A stretch of DNA of 64,000 nt from an uncultured virus (IMG/VR IMGVR_UViG_2838022645_000001) (IMGVR_UViG_2838022645_000001), one strand, 5' to 3'. Positions 36,430 through 46,170 are shown, counted from the stretch's first letter. Made by a program: numbers and translations. The notes: a model not told the origin generated them from the letters alone.

Positions 36430-36864
36430 ATGCCAAATCGTGAAATTCACAACACCCTGCACGTCGTGCCGCTGATCGTTCCGATTGCCGCACGCACCGA
36501 CAACACTGCCATCGTTTCCGCCATCATCGACACGGCCGGCTACAATGCCGCCGAGTTCGTTATCGTGACCGGCACCAACACCGACACGAACGCCACGTTC
36601 GCAGTCACGGTCGACGCCGGCGATGTCGCCAACCTGTCCGATGCTGCGGCGGTTCCCGCAAGCCAGCTCGTCGGCACGCTGACGCAGGCTTCGTTCGACT
36701 TCGGTGATGACAACGAGTGCCGCAAGATCGGCTATATCGGCACCAAGCGCTATGTGCGCGTGACCGTTACGCCGTCCGGCAATGACTCCGGCAACATCTT
36801 CATCTCTGGCGTTGCTGTTCTTGGCTACCCGGCCACCGGCCCGACTGCCAACCCGCCGCAATAA
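36430..36864 (+). CDS. Putative head accessory protein
   Basis: IDTAGY...GTKRYVRVTVT; beta-rich. Confidence 0.65.
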   Translation: MPNREIHNTLHVVPLIVPIAARTDNTAIVSAIIDTAGYNAAEFVIVTGTNTDTNATFAVTVDAGDVANLSDAAAVPASQLVGTLTQASFDFGDDNECRKIGYIGTKRYVRVTVTPSGNDSGNIFISGVAVLGYPATGPTANPPQ

Positions 36865-36899
36865 CGGCTGGATAATATAGGCGCAAAACCCTATATTGT

Positions 36900-36966
36900 G
36901 TTGTTCGGCTAGGGTAGCTCCCGAAAAGCGTCTGTCCAGGCGCCTGCCGAATACAACAACTGGACG
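36900..36966 (+). ncRNA. Candidate three-way-junction cis-regulatory RNA
   Basis: TTCGGC/GCCGAA, GGG-TAGCT-CCC, GAAAA, GCGTCTG/CAGGCGC; upstream of the GIY-YIG gene. Confidence 0.5.
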
Positions 36967-36984
36967 CAGGATTGGACACCTTGC

Positions 36985-37857
36985 ATGGAAATTTACGACA
37001 GGCGCAATGCGCCTCGGCGCGCCGATACATGGTTTGTTTATGGCCTAGTCGATAGCCGCGCACTAGAAGAAATTCGCTACATTGGCATCACCAATAATCC
37101 ATATTCAAGGCTTTCCCTCCATCTGAGCCAGGCTCCAAAGGAGGGGTGGAAGAAGTCGCGCTGGATTGGATCTGTCGTCGACGCAGGCGCGGAAGTGATG
37201 ATGTGTGTTTTGGCATCAGGGATGACGCAGGAAGATTCCATGATGATGGAAGTCGCGCTCATCGCTGAATATCGCGCTAAAGGTGCACCATTGATGAACC
37301 TCACTGATGGCGGCGAGGGTGTCAAGGGGCAAGTTCAGAGCGCCGAGACGCGGGCCAAGAGAAGTGCCGCACTTAAGGGGAAGTCTAAATCACCTGAGGC
37401 CGTGTCCCGCCAAGCAGAGGCGGTGCGAGGTCGCAAGGCGACTGATGAGCAACGAGCAAATCTGCGCAGAGCTCACCTAAAAAGATATGCGGAGAATCCG
37501 GGAATTCGAGATCGCATCAGTATCTCACTGAAAAGCAGGTACGAGGATTCGTCGGAGCGCGCAAAAATATCAGACGCAAACATACGGCGCTACTCTGATC
37601 CCGATGAGCGAAAAAGGACCGGTGAAATAACGGCAAAGATTAAGATAGCCGGCCCACCGCCAAAAAACAACTCATCAGGATTCAAGGGCGTTTCGTTAAA
37701 CAAAACAAATGGAAAGTGGATGTCTTACATCAATGTAAATGGTGTTCGTCTTCATCTCGGACATCACCAAACTGCACTTCAGGCCGCCGAGGCTTACGAC
37801 AAGGCAGCAATTGAGCATTATGGAGACGCCTGCTTCTTGAACCTTAAGCGCATGTGA
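36985..37857 (+). CDS. GIY-YIG homing endonuclease with NUMOD3-like and AP2 domains
   Basis: VYGL...RYIGIT; NLTDGGEG; SAETRAKRS; SGFKGVS...AAEAYDKAA. Confidence 0.9.
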   Translation: MEIYDRRNAPRRADTWFVYGLVDSRALEEIRYIGITNNPYSRLSLHLSQAPKEGWKKSRWIGSVVDAGAEVMMCVLASGMTQEDSMMMEVALIAEYRAKGAPLMNLTDGGEGVKGQVQSAETRAKRSAALKGKSKSPEAVSRQAEAVRGRKATDEQRANLRRAHLKRYAENPGIRDRISISLKSRYEDSSERAKISDANIRRYSDPDERKRTGEITAKIKIAGPPPKNNSSGFKGVSLNKTNGKWMSYINVNGVRLHLGHHQTALQAAEAYDKAAIEHYGDACFLNLKRM

Positions 37858-37869
37858 CGGAGACTTCTT

Positions 37870-38295
37870 ATGGCAGACATCGTAATTACGGCATCGAGCG
37901 TCGTGGCGAGCGCAGGCGTGCCGACAAAGACCGGCATCGCTGGCGCTGCCATTGCGGCAGGCGACATTGTCTATCTCGATACGGCCACGACCGGCAAATG
38001 GCAACTGGCCGATAGCGATGCGGCAACCGCCGAAGCTCGCGGCCAGACCGGCAATATCGGCGTGGCGCTCAACAGCGCGGCCGCAAATCAGCCGATCGTT
38101 GTGCAGACAGAGGGTCCGGTGACGCTCGGCGCCGTTCTGACGGCTGGCGTTGCTTATTACCTCTCCGACACACCAGGCAAGCTTTGCCCGGTAGCAGACA
38201 TCACGGGTGGCGACTATTACACGCTCGTCGGCCTCGCGGCATCGACGACCGTGCTCAATGTCGACTTCCAGTACAGCGGCGTTGCGAGCCCGTAA
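37870..38295 (+). CDS. Putative head decoration/cement protein
   Basis: AGAAIAAGDIVY, GVALNSA, YYLSDTPG. Confidence 0.7.
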   Translation: MADIVITASSVVASAGVPTKTGIAGAAIAAGDIVYLDTATTGKWQLADSDAATAEARGQTGNIGVALNSAAANQPIVVQTEGPVTLGAVLTAGVAYYLSDTPGKLCPVADITGGDYYTLVGLAASTTVLNVDFQYSGVASP

Positions 38296-38630
38296 TGACG
38301 GCAGGCGCGCTGAAAGAGCGCGTCTCCTTCGCTGTTCGCAATGAGCAAGATGACGGCTATGGCAACACCGTAGCCGGCTGGATCGAGCAGTTCCAAGATG
38401 CTGCCGAATTCATCCATATGCGTGGCGGCGAGGCGGTCATTTCCGCAAGGCTTGAGAACCGCCATCCGCAAGTCATCCGCGTAAGGGCGAGCGCTGCAAC
38501 GAGGCGCGTGACGGCCGATTGGCGCATCACGGACACGCGAACAGGCACGGAATACGCGATCCGCGACGTGACGCGCTCCACCGAAAACAAATCGATCGAC
38601 TTCCTCTGCGAGCGCGGCGTTGTCGCGTAG
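38295..38630 (+). CDS. Head closure/head-tail adaptor
   Basis: AGALKERV...DDGYGN...GGEAV...WRI. Confidence 0.85.
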   Translation: MTAGALKERVSFAVRNEQDDGYGNTVAGWIEQFQDAAEFIHMRGGEAVISARLENRHPQVIRVRASAATRRVTADWRITDTRTGTEYAIRDVTRSTENKSIDFLCERGVVA

Positions 38631-38648
38631 TAGAGGCCGGAGCAGCAC

Positions 38649-39140
38649 ATGGTGCAGGGAATAAGCGACCTGAATAAAAGGTTTGCCATGATCCCTAAGC
38701 GCATCGAGCTGGCCGCTCGTGGCGCAATGGAGCAAGGCGCCGATGAATTGGTCGCCATGATGAAGCGACTGGTCCCAAAGGACACCGGCGACCTGCGCGA
38801 TAGCATCGGCTGGACCTGGGGCAATGCTCCGGCGGGATCAAAGGTCATCGCGCAGAGCGACCCTAACGAGCGCGGCCTGCGCATCACCGTCTACGCTGGG
38901 AGCGAGAAGGCTTTCTATGCTGCCTGGGTGGAGTTCGGTACGGCGCCGCACAACGTGGCGCAGGGCGGCGGAAACAAGAGTTTCAGCGGTGACGCAACCG
39001 GGCACCCTGGAGCGCATGCACAGCCATTCTTCTTTCCATCATACCGATCGCTGCGAAAGCGCATTCAGGGCCGCATCAAGCGCCAGACTCGAGCCGCGAT
39101 GAGATTGCAAGGGCCGCCTATCGCGGCGGAGGCTGACTGA
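38649..39140 (+). CDS. HK97 gp10-family tail component
   Basis: VPKDTGDLRDSI, VEFGT, AQPFFFP. Confidence 0.9.
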   Translation: MVQGISDLNKRFAMIPKRIELAARGAMEQGADELVAMMKRLVPKDTGDLRDSIGWTWGNAPAGSKVIAQSDPNERGLRITVYAGSEKAFYAAWVEFGTAPHNVAQGGGNKSFSGDATGHPGAHAQPFFFPSYRSLRKRIQGRIKRQTRAAMRLQGPPIAAEAD

Positions 39141-39556
39141 TGGCTGAAGCGCCGCAGGCTGAACTGCAGAAGCTCGTCTATGACACGCTTCGACTGAATA
39201 CCGACATCACGGCTCTGGCCGGTGGCGTTTATGACAAGGTGCCGGCCGATCCTTTCAAGACGAAGACGGCATACATCAGCTTCGGGCCTTCTGACACGGT
39301 CGAGGATGGCGCCGATTGCGTCACCAGCGGCGTGCACACATTCCAGATCGATATCTGGAGCAAGGCTGTCGGGCAGGTGGAGGCCAAGAGGCTTGTTCAT
39401 CTCGTTACGAAGGCTCTGCATTTGCAGGAGCTAGACCTTACTGACAATGCACTGGCCGAGATCATGGTCGAATTCAGCCGGGTCTTCACCGATGCAGACG
39501 GCCTGACGACACACGGCATTGTCAGCGTCACGGCTAGCATCCAGGAGCCGGATTGA
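39140..39556 (+). CDS. Tail completion protein (DUF3168)
   Basis: VYDKVP, YISFG, QIDIWS, THGIV. Confidence 0.88.
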   Translation: MAEAPQAELQKLVYDTLRLNTDITALAGGVYDKVPADPFKTKTAYISFGPSDTVEDGADCVTSGVHTFQIDIWSKAVGQVEAKRLVHLVTKALHLQELDLTDNALAEIMVEFSRVFTDADGLTTHGIVSVTASIQEPD

Positions 39557-39750
39557 TGGCCTGGGCCGTATTCCATGAAGAGGTTCACTGGAGCCGTCCT
39601 GGCAGCCGTTTAGGCTTCCACGCAAGGGCAAAGCCAGAACCTCAAAGCTTCCCGCATGATTTCGTCGACTACGCCGTTTCTATCGGACGAGCGACGAAGA
39701 CAAAGCCGCCACGGCGGCAAATTCTTGACAAATTTGTTGAAAAATCCTAG
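39553..39750 (+). CDS. Hypothetical protein
   Basis: Coupled ORF; contains box 7 at its 3' end. Confidence 0.6.
   Translation: MMAWAVFHEEVHWSRPGSRLGFHARAKPEPQSFPHDFVDYAVSIGRATKTKPPRRQILDKFVEKS
39728..39737. promoter_or_regulatory. ACAAATTTGT box 7 (TTGACA-17-TAGATA), ahead of an HNH gene
   Basis: Exact palindrome. Confidence 0.75.
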
Positions 39751-39777
39751 ATAGTCATTGGCTTTGGGGATTATCGC

Positions 39778-40596
39778 ATGGATGAAGTCAAGAAGCGCGC
39801 TCCGATGAGCGTTCTCAGTATCAATTGCGCCGATTGTGATGCGGTGGTCGAGACGCGTAGTCGAAGGCGCCTATATTGCGATAGCTGCAAGAATGCACGC
39901 AAGATGGCCTCTGACGCAGCTTATCGTGCTGATAACAAGAGCCCACCTCGCCGGTATCTTTGTGAGCGATGCGGTGTTGAGGGCGAGTGCAATGGCAGAG
40001 CCACTCACAAATTTTGCGAAGAGTGCAAGGTAATCGTTCGCCGTGAGCGCGGTCGCCATCAGGACGCCACCCGTAGACCGCGCACGATCATTGGATTCAT
40101 TGTATCCTGTGAAGGGTGCGGAGATGGTTTTGAGCGCAAGCACGCAAGCCAGGTGTTGTGCAAGCCCTGCGCCAAAAAGGCTGGAGCGGAGCGCTCAAAG
40201 ACGTGGGTAGTCGATAACCGCGACAAAGTGCGAGCCTCCGCAAAACGATATAACGACGCCAAAAGGTCAACCCCAAAAGGACACCTTGAGTGGACTATGC
40301 GGGCAGCGGTTCGTCGGGCGATAGGCGGAAGCCTAAAGGCCGGAAAGAGGACTTTCGACATCCTTGGCTATACCGTCGATGAGCTCAAGGATCACCTTGA
40401 GCGGCAATTCACTGAAGGTATGTCTTGGGACAATTACGGTGATTGGCATATCGATCACATTCGTCCTCTGGCATCATTTGAGTACAGCACACCAGAGTGC
40501 CTCCAGTTTAAGATGGCGTGGTGCTTGAGCAACCTGCAGCCACTGTGGGGCTCTGAAAACATGAGCAAGGGCGCCAAATTCCAACTGGTGGCTTGA
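39778..40596 (+). CDS. HNH endonuclease with multiple CxxC fingers
   Basis: GMSWDNYGDWHIDHIRPL...NLQPLW..EN. Confidence 0.88.
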   Translation: MDEVKKRAPMSVLSINCADCDAVVETRSRRRLYCDSCKNARKMASDAAYRADNKSPPRRYLCERCGVEGECNGRATHKFCEECKVIVRRERGRHQDATRRPRTIIGFIVSCEGCGDGFERKHASQVLCKPCAKKAGAERSKTWVVDNRDKVRASAKRYNDAKRSTPKGHLEWTMRAAVRRAIGGSLKAGKRTFDILGYTVDELKDHLERQFTEGMSWDNYGDWHIDHIRPLASFEYSTPECLQFKMAWCLSNLQPLWGSENMSKGAKFQLVA

Positions 40597-40625
40597 TGCT
40601 CTCGATCCAAACAAACGCACTAGCG

Positions 40626-40654
40626 AACCGCCGCACCACCGGCGGTTTTTCTTT
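40626..40654 (+). terminator. Intrinsic terminator-like hairpin with CACCAC loop
   Basis: AACCGCCG-CACCAC-CGGCGGTT-TTTCTTT. Confidence 0.7.
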
Positions 40655-40673
40655 GCCATGAAAGGAAAACCAA

Positions 40674-41120
40674 ATGGCGTATGCGACAACTGCTAACTTC
40701 CATCAGATGGTCCTCGAAGTGGAGACGACCAACGGCAGCGGCGTCTATTCGCGAATCTGCGGCCTCACTTCTAGAGGCATCAATCGCCAGCACAACATGG
40801 CGACTTCTGAAGTCCCATCGTGTGACGACGAGTCCTTGCCCGCCCAGGTAGGGCGCGCGGTTCAGTCGTCCGAAGCGACGATCTCCGCCTCCGGCGTTTG
40901 GGCTGCACAGAGCCACGAGATCCTGCTTGACTGGTGGGAGTCGGGCCAGACCAAGAGTATCCGCATCCATCATGTGAACGCTGCCGTTGGCGACACCGAA
41001 TACGAGACCGGCAATGCCTATCTCGTCTCGATCAACAACCAGGCGGAGCGCGGCACGAAGGTTACGGCTGAACTGTCGATCGAATTTGACGGCATCCCCA
41101 CACGGACGATGAAGCCCTAA
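40674..41120 (+). CDS. Major tail tube protein (GTA-like)
   Basis: ICGLTSR, ISASGV, position. Confidence 0.85.
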   Translation: MAYATTANFHQMVLEVETTNGSGVYSRICGLTSRGINRQHNMATSEVPSCDDESLPAQVGRAVQSSEATISASGVWAAQSHEILLDWWESGQTKSIRIHHVNAAVGDTEYETGNAYLVSINNQAERGTKVTAELSIEFDGIPTRTMKP

Positions 41121-41455
41121 TGCGCGGAGCAGAACAGATCGTATGGCCGGGCGGAGAGCATTCTTTCCGCCTCGGCATCGGCGAGCTGCGCGCCATCGAG
41201 CAGCGCAGCGACGCAGGATGCGCCGTTGTGCTGATGCGGTTGCTGTCTTCGCAGTTCAAGATCGATGATGTTATCCAGCCGATCCGCCTTGGCCTTATCG
41301 GCGGCGGCATGCAGGAGCGTGACGCCCAGAAGGTTCTGGACTCGGCGCTCGATATTGCCAGCCCGTATGCGCTCGCTGTTCCGGCCGCAGACATCCTGCG
41401 CCGGTTCATCATGTGGGAAACTGACGACCAGCCAAGCGGTGAGCCGGGGGAGTAG
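41120..41455 (+). CDS. Tail assembly chaperone G (GTA gp10-like)
   Basis: FRLGIGELRAIE, IRLGLIGGGM. Confidence 0.85.
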   Translation: MRGAEQIVWPGGEHSFRLGIGELRAIEQRSDAGCAVVLMRLLSSQFKIDDVIQPIRLGLIGGGMQERDAQKVLDSALDIASPYALAVPAADILRRFIMWETDDQPSGEPGE

Positions 41456-41697
41456 GAAGCGGGGCAGGTGACGGCAAGACCGATCCTAACCCGCTGCCAA
41501 ATGGCAAAACCAAGTGGTCGTCTTACTATGCCGCTGGCGCCGTAATCGGCTTCACGCCGCGCGATGTCGACGACTGCACGCTCTGGGAGTTCGCCGCCTG
41601 CACCGAAGGCTATCGCAAGGCGCACCAGACTGAAGAGGCGCTGCCGCCCGCGATGGGTGACGAGCAGTTGGCAAACCTTGGCATTGAAGGATTTTAG
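41446..41697 (+). CDS. Tail assembly chaperone T segment via -1 frameshift
   Basis: G GGG GAG before TAG; -1 frame stays open and encodes GFTPRDVDDCTLWEF. Confidence 0.75.
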   Translation, partial: GGVGSGAGDGKTDPNPLPNGKTKWSSYYAAGAVIGFTPRDVDDCTLWEFAACTEGYRKAHQTEEALPPAMGDEQLANLGIEGF

Positions 41698-41870
41698 CGA
41701 CCAAAGGCGTTGTCGAACCGCTGCCTTGTTTCTTGGTTCCGTTCGATGAGCGCCTTTGTTTGCGCGCCGCTGGAATATTTCGACCGGTATTCTCCGATCG
41801 CAAGATATCCAACGGCGGCCAACATCACCAAGCATGTAGCGATCACAAGTGATCTTGCTGCGGCATCCAT
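41694..41870 (-). CDS. Small antisense-oriented membrane protein (moron)
   Basis: N-terminal TM segment; GAGGGG SD. Confidence 0.6.
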   Translation of the reverse strand: MDAAARSLVIATCLVMLAAVGYLAIGEYRSKYSSGAQTKALIERNQETRQRFDNAFGR

Positions 41871-41896
41871 ATTTCCCCTCATAAATTGGAGCCAAG

Positions 41897-44476
41897 ATGG
41901 CGGCAACCACTGAAGATCTCGCGCGGCTGCTCGTCTCCATCGAATTCACGCAGAAGCAGTCAGAGAAGCAGCTCGCGGCGATCGCAAAGCGTGCTGGCCA
42001 AACTGCAACAGAGATCGAGACGAAATTCAAGAGGGCAAACGACAACGCTGCCAACAGCTTCGTTGGATCCGGCAAGAGGGTAGAGGCATCGCTCGGCGCC
42101 CAGCGCGCCGCGGTGCAGAACCTGTCATTCCAGCTCAACGATATCGCGACCTCGCTTGCCGGCGGTGCGTCACCTTTCCAGGTTATGATGCAGCAGGGCA
42201 GCCAGGTGTCGCAGGCGCTGTCGTCTACCGGCGGCGGTCTTGGCAGCATCGTGAAGACGCTCGGCGGCGCGTTCTCAGCGATGGTCAGCCCGATCTCGCT
42301 GGCATCGTTTGCGCTTATCGGCCTCGCCGGCGCAGCGGTGCAGTATTTCTCGACGCTGAAATCTGATGTGCCGGACGCTGAAAAGCTGTTGAAGGCGCAC
42401 GCCGAGCTCATCCAGTCTTTCGACAAGGCATGGGGCGTCGCCAAGGCCAGCGTCGAGGGTTATTCGGCGTCGGTGCAGAAGATTGAGCTGCAGAAGCTCA
42501 AGGATGAATTTGGCAGCCTGCAAAAGGCCATCGCCGCGGCCAGCAAGGATCTCGCCGGCGATCTTCTGAGCGTGCCGATCGACGACTTCCATGGCGCGAC
42601 GCAGACCGTTCGCGACTTTCAGAGGGCGCTGTCGCTGCTCAAGAAAGACGTTCCTGATTTCCGCGAATTTTCGCTGGAGATGGAGCGCATCGAGGGTATG
42701 AAAGGCATCCCTGAGAATATCAGGGAACTGGCTAAGCAGCTGCGTTTGTCGGCGAACGAATCTCTGCCTCTGCAGGATGCTCTTGAGGAAACGCAGAAGC
42801 GCCTGAAGACTCTTAACCTCACCGGGCAGCAAGCGAAGGAAGCATTTGCCACACTTACTTCGCAGGCTCTAGGCCTCGGCGCGCAGGGTGGAGACGCAAT
42901 CTCGACGATTGCCGGCAAGATCAAAACCGATCTTATCCCGGCGATGGCGGAGGCGACGAACCAGGTTCTTGAATATGCCAAGAACTATCAGACGCTCCAA
43001 AATCAGATCAACAAAAGCCCGTTGGGCACTGTTCCTCCTGTGTATTCCGGCGGCGGCCGGTTCATGAACAGAGAAGAGGCGCGCCAGTACGACATCGATG
43101 AGGCTCAGCTCGACGAAGTCGGAAAGTCAGCCGCCGCGCGGATGATCCGTTCTTTTGAGGGCTTCATCACCAACGCGAAATGGGACACGAACCATTACCG
43201 CGTCGGATTCGGCTCGGACACGGCCACACGCGCCAACGGCCAGATCGAAGAAGTAACCAAGGATACGGTCGTCACGCTTGATGACGCGCAGCGAGACCTT
43301 TCTCGCCGCATCATGGAGTTCCAAGACGGCATTCAGAAGGCCATCGGCATCGACACCTGGAAGAGCCTTTCCGAGGCTCAGCAGGCGGCGCTGACGTCGA
43401 TTGCCTACAATTACGGTTCGCTGCCCGATGCGGTCGTTAAGGCCATCCAGGATGGCGGCGGGCCGGAGAAGGTGGCGAAGGCCATTGCGGCGCTGAGTTC
43501 AAACCCGGGCCGTCGCAAGGAGGAGGCTGAGGCTTACCTCTCGGGCACCGGCATCTCGATGAACGATGCTGGTCTCGGCAGTAAGAAAACGCCGGATCAG
43601 ATTTTTCAGGGCAGCGTTGACGACATTCAGAAGCGCATCGACGTCCTGAATGCCGAGTACGCGGCTCAGGCGCGGCTCAATCCGCTGATCAACGATTATG
43701 GCTTCGCGGTCGAGAAGGCGAAGATCCAGCAGCAGCTCCTCTCTGAGGCGCAGCAGGCCGGCATCACGATCACACCAGAGCTAGCCGCGAGCATCGACAC
43801 GCTGTCAACGAACTATGCTAAAGCGTCTTCGGCCAGCGAAGGTCTGAAGGTTTCTCAGGAGCGGCTGAAAAAATCGGCAGAAGAGTTCCGCGACCTGGGC
43901 CGGGACGTCGTCGGCGGCTTCATCAGCGATCTGCGCAGCGGCAAGTCTGCGGCGGAAGCGCTGGCGGGCGCCCTCGACAAGGTCGTCGACAAGCTGATCG
44001 ATGTTTCGCTCAACGCCATCTTTGGTGGGGCGGGCGGCGGTGGATTGTTTGGCGGCGGCGGTGGCGGCCTCCTCGGCGGCATGATTATTCCCGGCATCCT
44101 CCATTCCGGCGGCGTCGCCGGTTCGGATGGATATGGCCACGGGCGCGCCGTGTCGCCTTCTACGTTCGCTGGTGCCAAGCGCTACCACACCGGTGGCGTC
44201 GCGGGCCTGCAGCCTGGCGAAGTGCCTGCCATCCTTCAGCGTGGCGAGGTTGTCCTGCCGCGCGGCACGAAAACAAGCGGTGGAGGCAAGACGCAGATCC
44301 AGGTCGGCGTTTCCGTCGACGACACCGGCGGCCTGCGAGCCTACGTGAAGAGCGTCAGCCAAGACACGGTGACCGCGGCCAGCCCGCGCATCTTGAGCGC
44401 CGCTAACCAGCAGGTGGTTCCGACCATGGCGAAATATCAGAACGACAGCGCTGGCGGAGATTACAGAAATGGTTGA
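41897..44476 (+). CDS. Tape measure protein with an internal lysozyme-like domain
   Basis: NLSFQLNDI...QQGSQ; FEGF...YRVGFG...ALTSIAYNYG; HSGGVAG. Confidence 0.92.
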   Translation: MAATTEDLARLLVSIEFTQKQSEKQLAAIAKRAGQTATEIETKFKRANDNAANSFVGSGKRVEASLGAQRAAVQNLSFQLNDIATSLAGGASPFQVMMQQGSQVSQALSSTGGGLGSIVKTLGGAFSAMVSPISLASFALIGLAGAAVQYFSTLKSDVPDAEKLLKAHAELIQSFDKAWGVAKASVEGYSASVQKIELQKLKDEFGSLQKAIAAASKDLAGDLLSVPIDDFHGATQTVRDFQRALSLLKKDVPDFREFSLEMERIEGMKGIPENIRELAKQLRLSANESLPLQDALEETQKRLKTLNLTGQQAKEAFATLTSQALGLGAQGGDAISTIAGKIKTDLIPAMAEATNQVLEYAKNYQTLQNQINKSPLGTVPPVYSGGGRFMNREEARQYDIDEAQLDEVGKSAAARMIRSFEGFITNAKWDTNHYRVGFGSDTATRANGQIEEVTKDTVVTLDDAQRDLSRRIMEFQDGIQKAIGIDTWKSLSEAQQAALTSIAYNYGSLPDAVVKAIQDGGGPEKVAKAIAALSSNPGRRKEEAEAYLSGTGISMNDAGLGSKKTPDQIFQGSVDDIQKRIDVLNAEYAAQARLNPLINDYGFAVEKAKIQQQLLSEAQQAGITITPELAASIDTLSTNYAKASSASEGLKVSQERLKKSAEEFRDLGRDVVGGFISDLRSGKSAAEALAGALDKVVDKLIDVSLNAIFGGAGGGGLFGGGGGGLLGGMIIPGILHSGGVAGSDGYGHGRAVSPSTFAGAKRYHTGGVAGLQPGEVPAILQRGEVVLPRGTKTSGGGKTQIQVGVSVDDTGGLRAYVKSVSQDTVTAASPRILSAANQQVVPTMAKYQNDSAGGDYRNG

Positions 44477-45179
44477 TGTCGTCGAATGGCCATTCTGCCT
44501 GCTGACACCGCAGCAGGTGCAGGCCAATGTCGTCGCTTTCACGAGAAGCGGCGGCAGATCCCTTGGCGGCGTCGAGCCGGTCATCCGCACGGATCTGGGT
44601 TATTGGGCGATAGATTATACCGGTGTCGTCGTTCAGAACCGCTATCGCGATCAGTGGAAGACCTGGCAGGCGATCCGGCAGAAGCTGGGCGGACGTTCCG
44701 GACTGGTTGTCGTGCGCGTCCCATCATCGCTATCGGCGCCTTACGCTTCCGGCCATTTCGAGCCGACGACAGAGGCGACGCATAGCGACGACACGACATT
44801 TGGCGATGACACCGAATACGAGCAGAACGCTATTTCGGTTGTGTCCGTCGGCGTGACGCCACTGGCCGCCACATCGATCAAGCTACGCATCATCAAGGCT
44901 GAGGCCGATCTGGTCGGCGTGCGCTTCAGCTACAACAACGCGCTCTACGAGACCGGCCCCGTTACCGAGATCGACGGCGATACATGGACTGTGTCGATCT
45001 CGCCAAGCGTGCGGGAGCTCATTCCGGATGGCGCCGATCTGAATTTCGACCGGCCGACCTGCCTTTGCCATCTGGCCGAAGACCGCGGCATGGACATCAC
45101 GCAGGATGCGATCACCAAGGGCACGCGGCCAAACGTCAGCTTCGTCGAGGCGACTGATTACTGGAATTCGCTGATTTAG
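44469..45179 (+). CDS. Distal tail-like protein
   Basis: Position directly after the tape measure gene. Confidence 0.65.
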   Translation: MVDVVEWPFCLLTPQQVQANVVAFTRSGGRSLGGVEPVIRTDLGYWAIDYTGVVVQNRYRDQWKTWQAIRQKLGGRSGLVVVRVPSSLSAPYASGHFEPTTEATHSDDTTFGDDTEYEQNAISVVSVGVTPLAATSIKLRIIKAEADLVGVRFSYNNALYETGPVTEIDGDTWTVSISPSVRELIPDGADLNFDRPTCLCHLAEDRGMDITQDAITKGTRPNVSFVEATDYWNSLI

Positions 45180-45188
45180 CATCATTGA

Positions 45189-45770
45189 TTGGAGGACGGT
45201 TTGGCCAGTCTTCGTGTTTTGTGCCAGGTGGAGCTTCCATCTGGCACGCTTCGTTTTTGGGATGGCTCCGGCGGCCCGCTAATCGATTCCAACGGTGATG
45301 TCTATCGCGCCTGCGTGCTTACGGAGGACGCGCTGGCGCAGATCGAGGCGGCAATCAATGCCGAGGCGTTCACGTTGTCGCTGGTGCTTTCTGGCATCAG
45401 GGAGGCGGAGAGCAACGCGATTTGGGCCGACTATCAGGCCGGTAGCATCGTTGGCTCACGGTTTCGCATCTTGCTTCAGAAATGCGACGACTACGACCAA
45501 CCAACCGGCTCGCCCATCGTTAAATTCACCGGCACCATTTCCAACCTCAACTTCGTTGATAGCGCCAGCGATAAGGGGATCAATTCGACGATCCAGGTGG
45601 ATATCGCGAACCGATTTACGCTGCGCTCGGTGACCAACGGCGCCGTGCTGTCGGATGTCGACCAGCGCGCCAGGGCGAAGATTCTGAACCCATCCGCGGC
45701 TGATGATAAATTCTGCGAGCGCATCCCTGGCCTGAAGGACAAAACAGTCAGATGGCCGCAGTGGGGCTAG
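45189..45770 (+). CDS. Minor tail protein
   Basis: LRFWDGSG, SDVDQR...DKFCE. Confidence 0.7.
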   Translation: MEDGLASLRVLCQVELPSGTLRFWDGSGGPLIDSNGDVYRACVLTEDALAQIEAAINAEAFTLSLVLSGIREAESNAIWADYQAGSIVGSRFRILLQKCDDYDQPTGSPIVKFTGTISNLNFVDSASDKGINSTIQVDIANRFTLRSVTNGAVLSDVDQRARAKILNPSAADDKFCERIPGLKDKTVRWPQWG

Positions 45771-46162
45771 ATTCGGCGCTCTTGTCGTTTTTGGCCGCCC
45801 AGGAACGAAAGAACTGGGATCCGGCGACGCTGAACTGCATGCTGTTTCCGGCCGCTTGGGCGATCTGGCTTGGTCATCGCGATCCGGTCGAAAACTGGCG
45901 CGGGGCGTTCGCCAGCGAGGCCGAATACCTAGCCATTGTCAGGGCCGCCGGCGGCTGTGTGCCGCTAATGGAAGCCGCGGCAGCACGTATCAACGCTCGC
46001 GCTCTGGCGGTGCCTGTGTGTGGCGCTGTCGGCGTCATCGGTTCTCCAAATAATCCGGAACGGCAGTTCGGCGCCATTTTCGACGGCAGCCGCTGGCTGG
46101 TGCGCTTCACCAATCGCATCGGCAGCATGGCGGCGAGGCCTCTGGCGATCTGGTCCATTTAG
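45752..46162 (+). CDS. NlpC/P60-like tail protein (DUF6950-like)
   Basis: NC.LFPAAW...DP...WRG; position. Confidence 0.65.
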   Translation: MAAVGLDSALLSFLAAQERKNWDPATLNCMLFPAAWAIWLGHRDPVENWRGAFASEAEYLAIVRAAGGCVPLMEAAAARINARALAVPVCGAVGVIGSPNNPERQFGAIFDGSRWLVRFTNRIGSMAARPLAIWSI

Positions 46163-46170
46163 GAATTTTC

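Noticed and set aside
36865..37869. Group I intron around the GIY-YIG gene
   Set aside because: Flanking genes are complete and the non-coding flanks are too short for a ribozyme core
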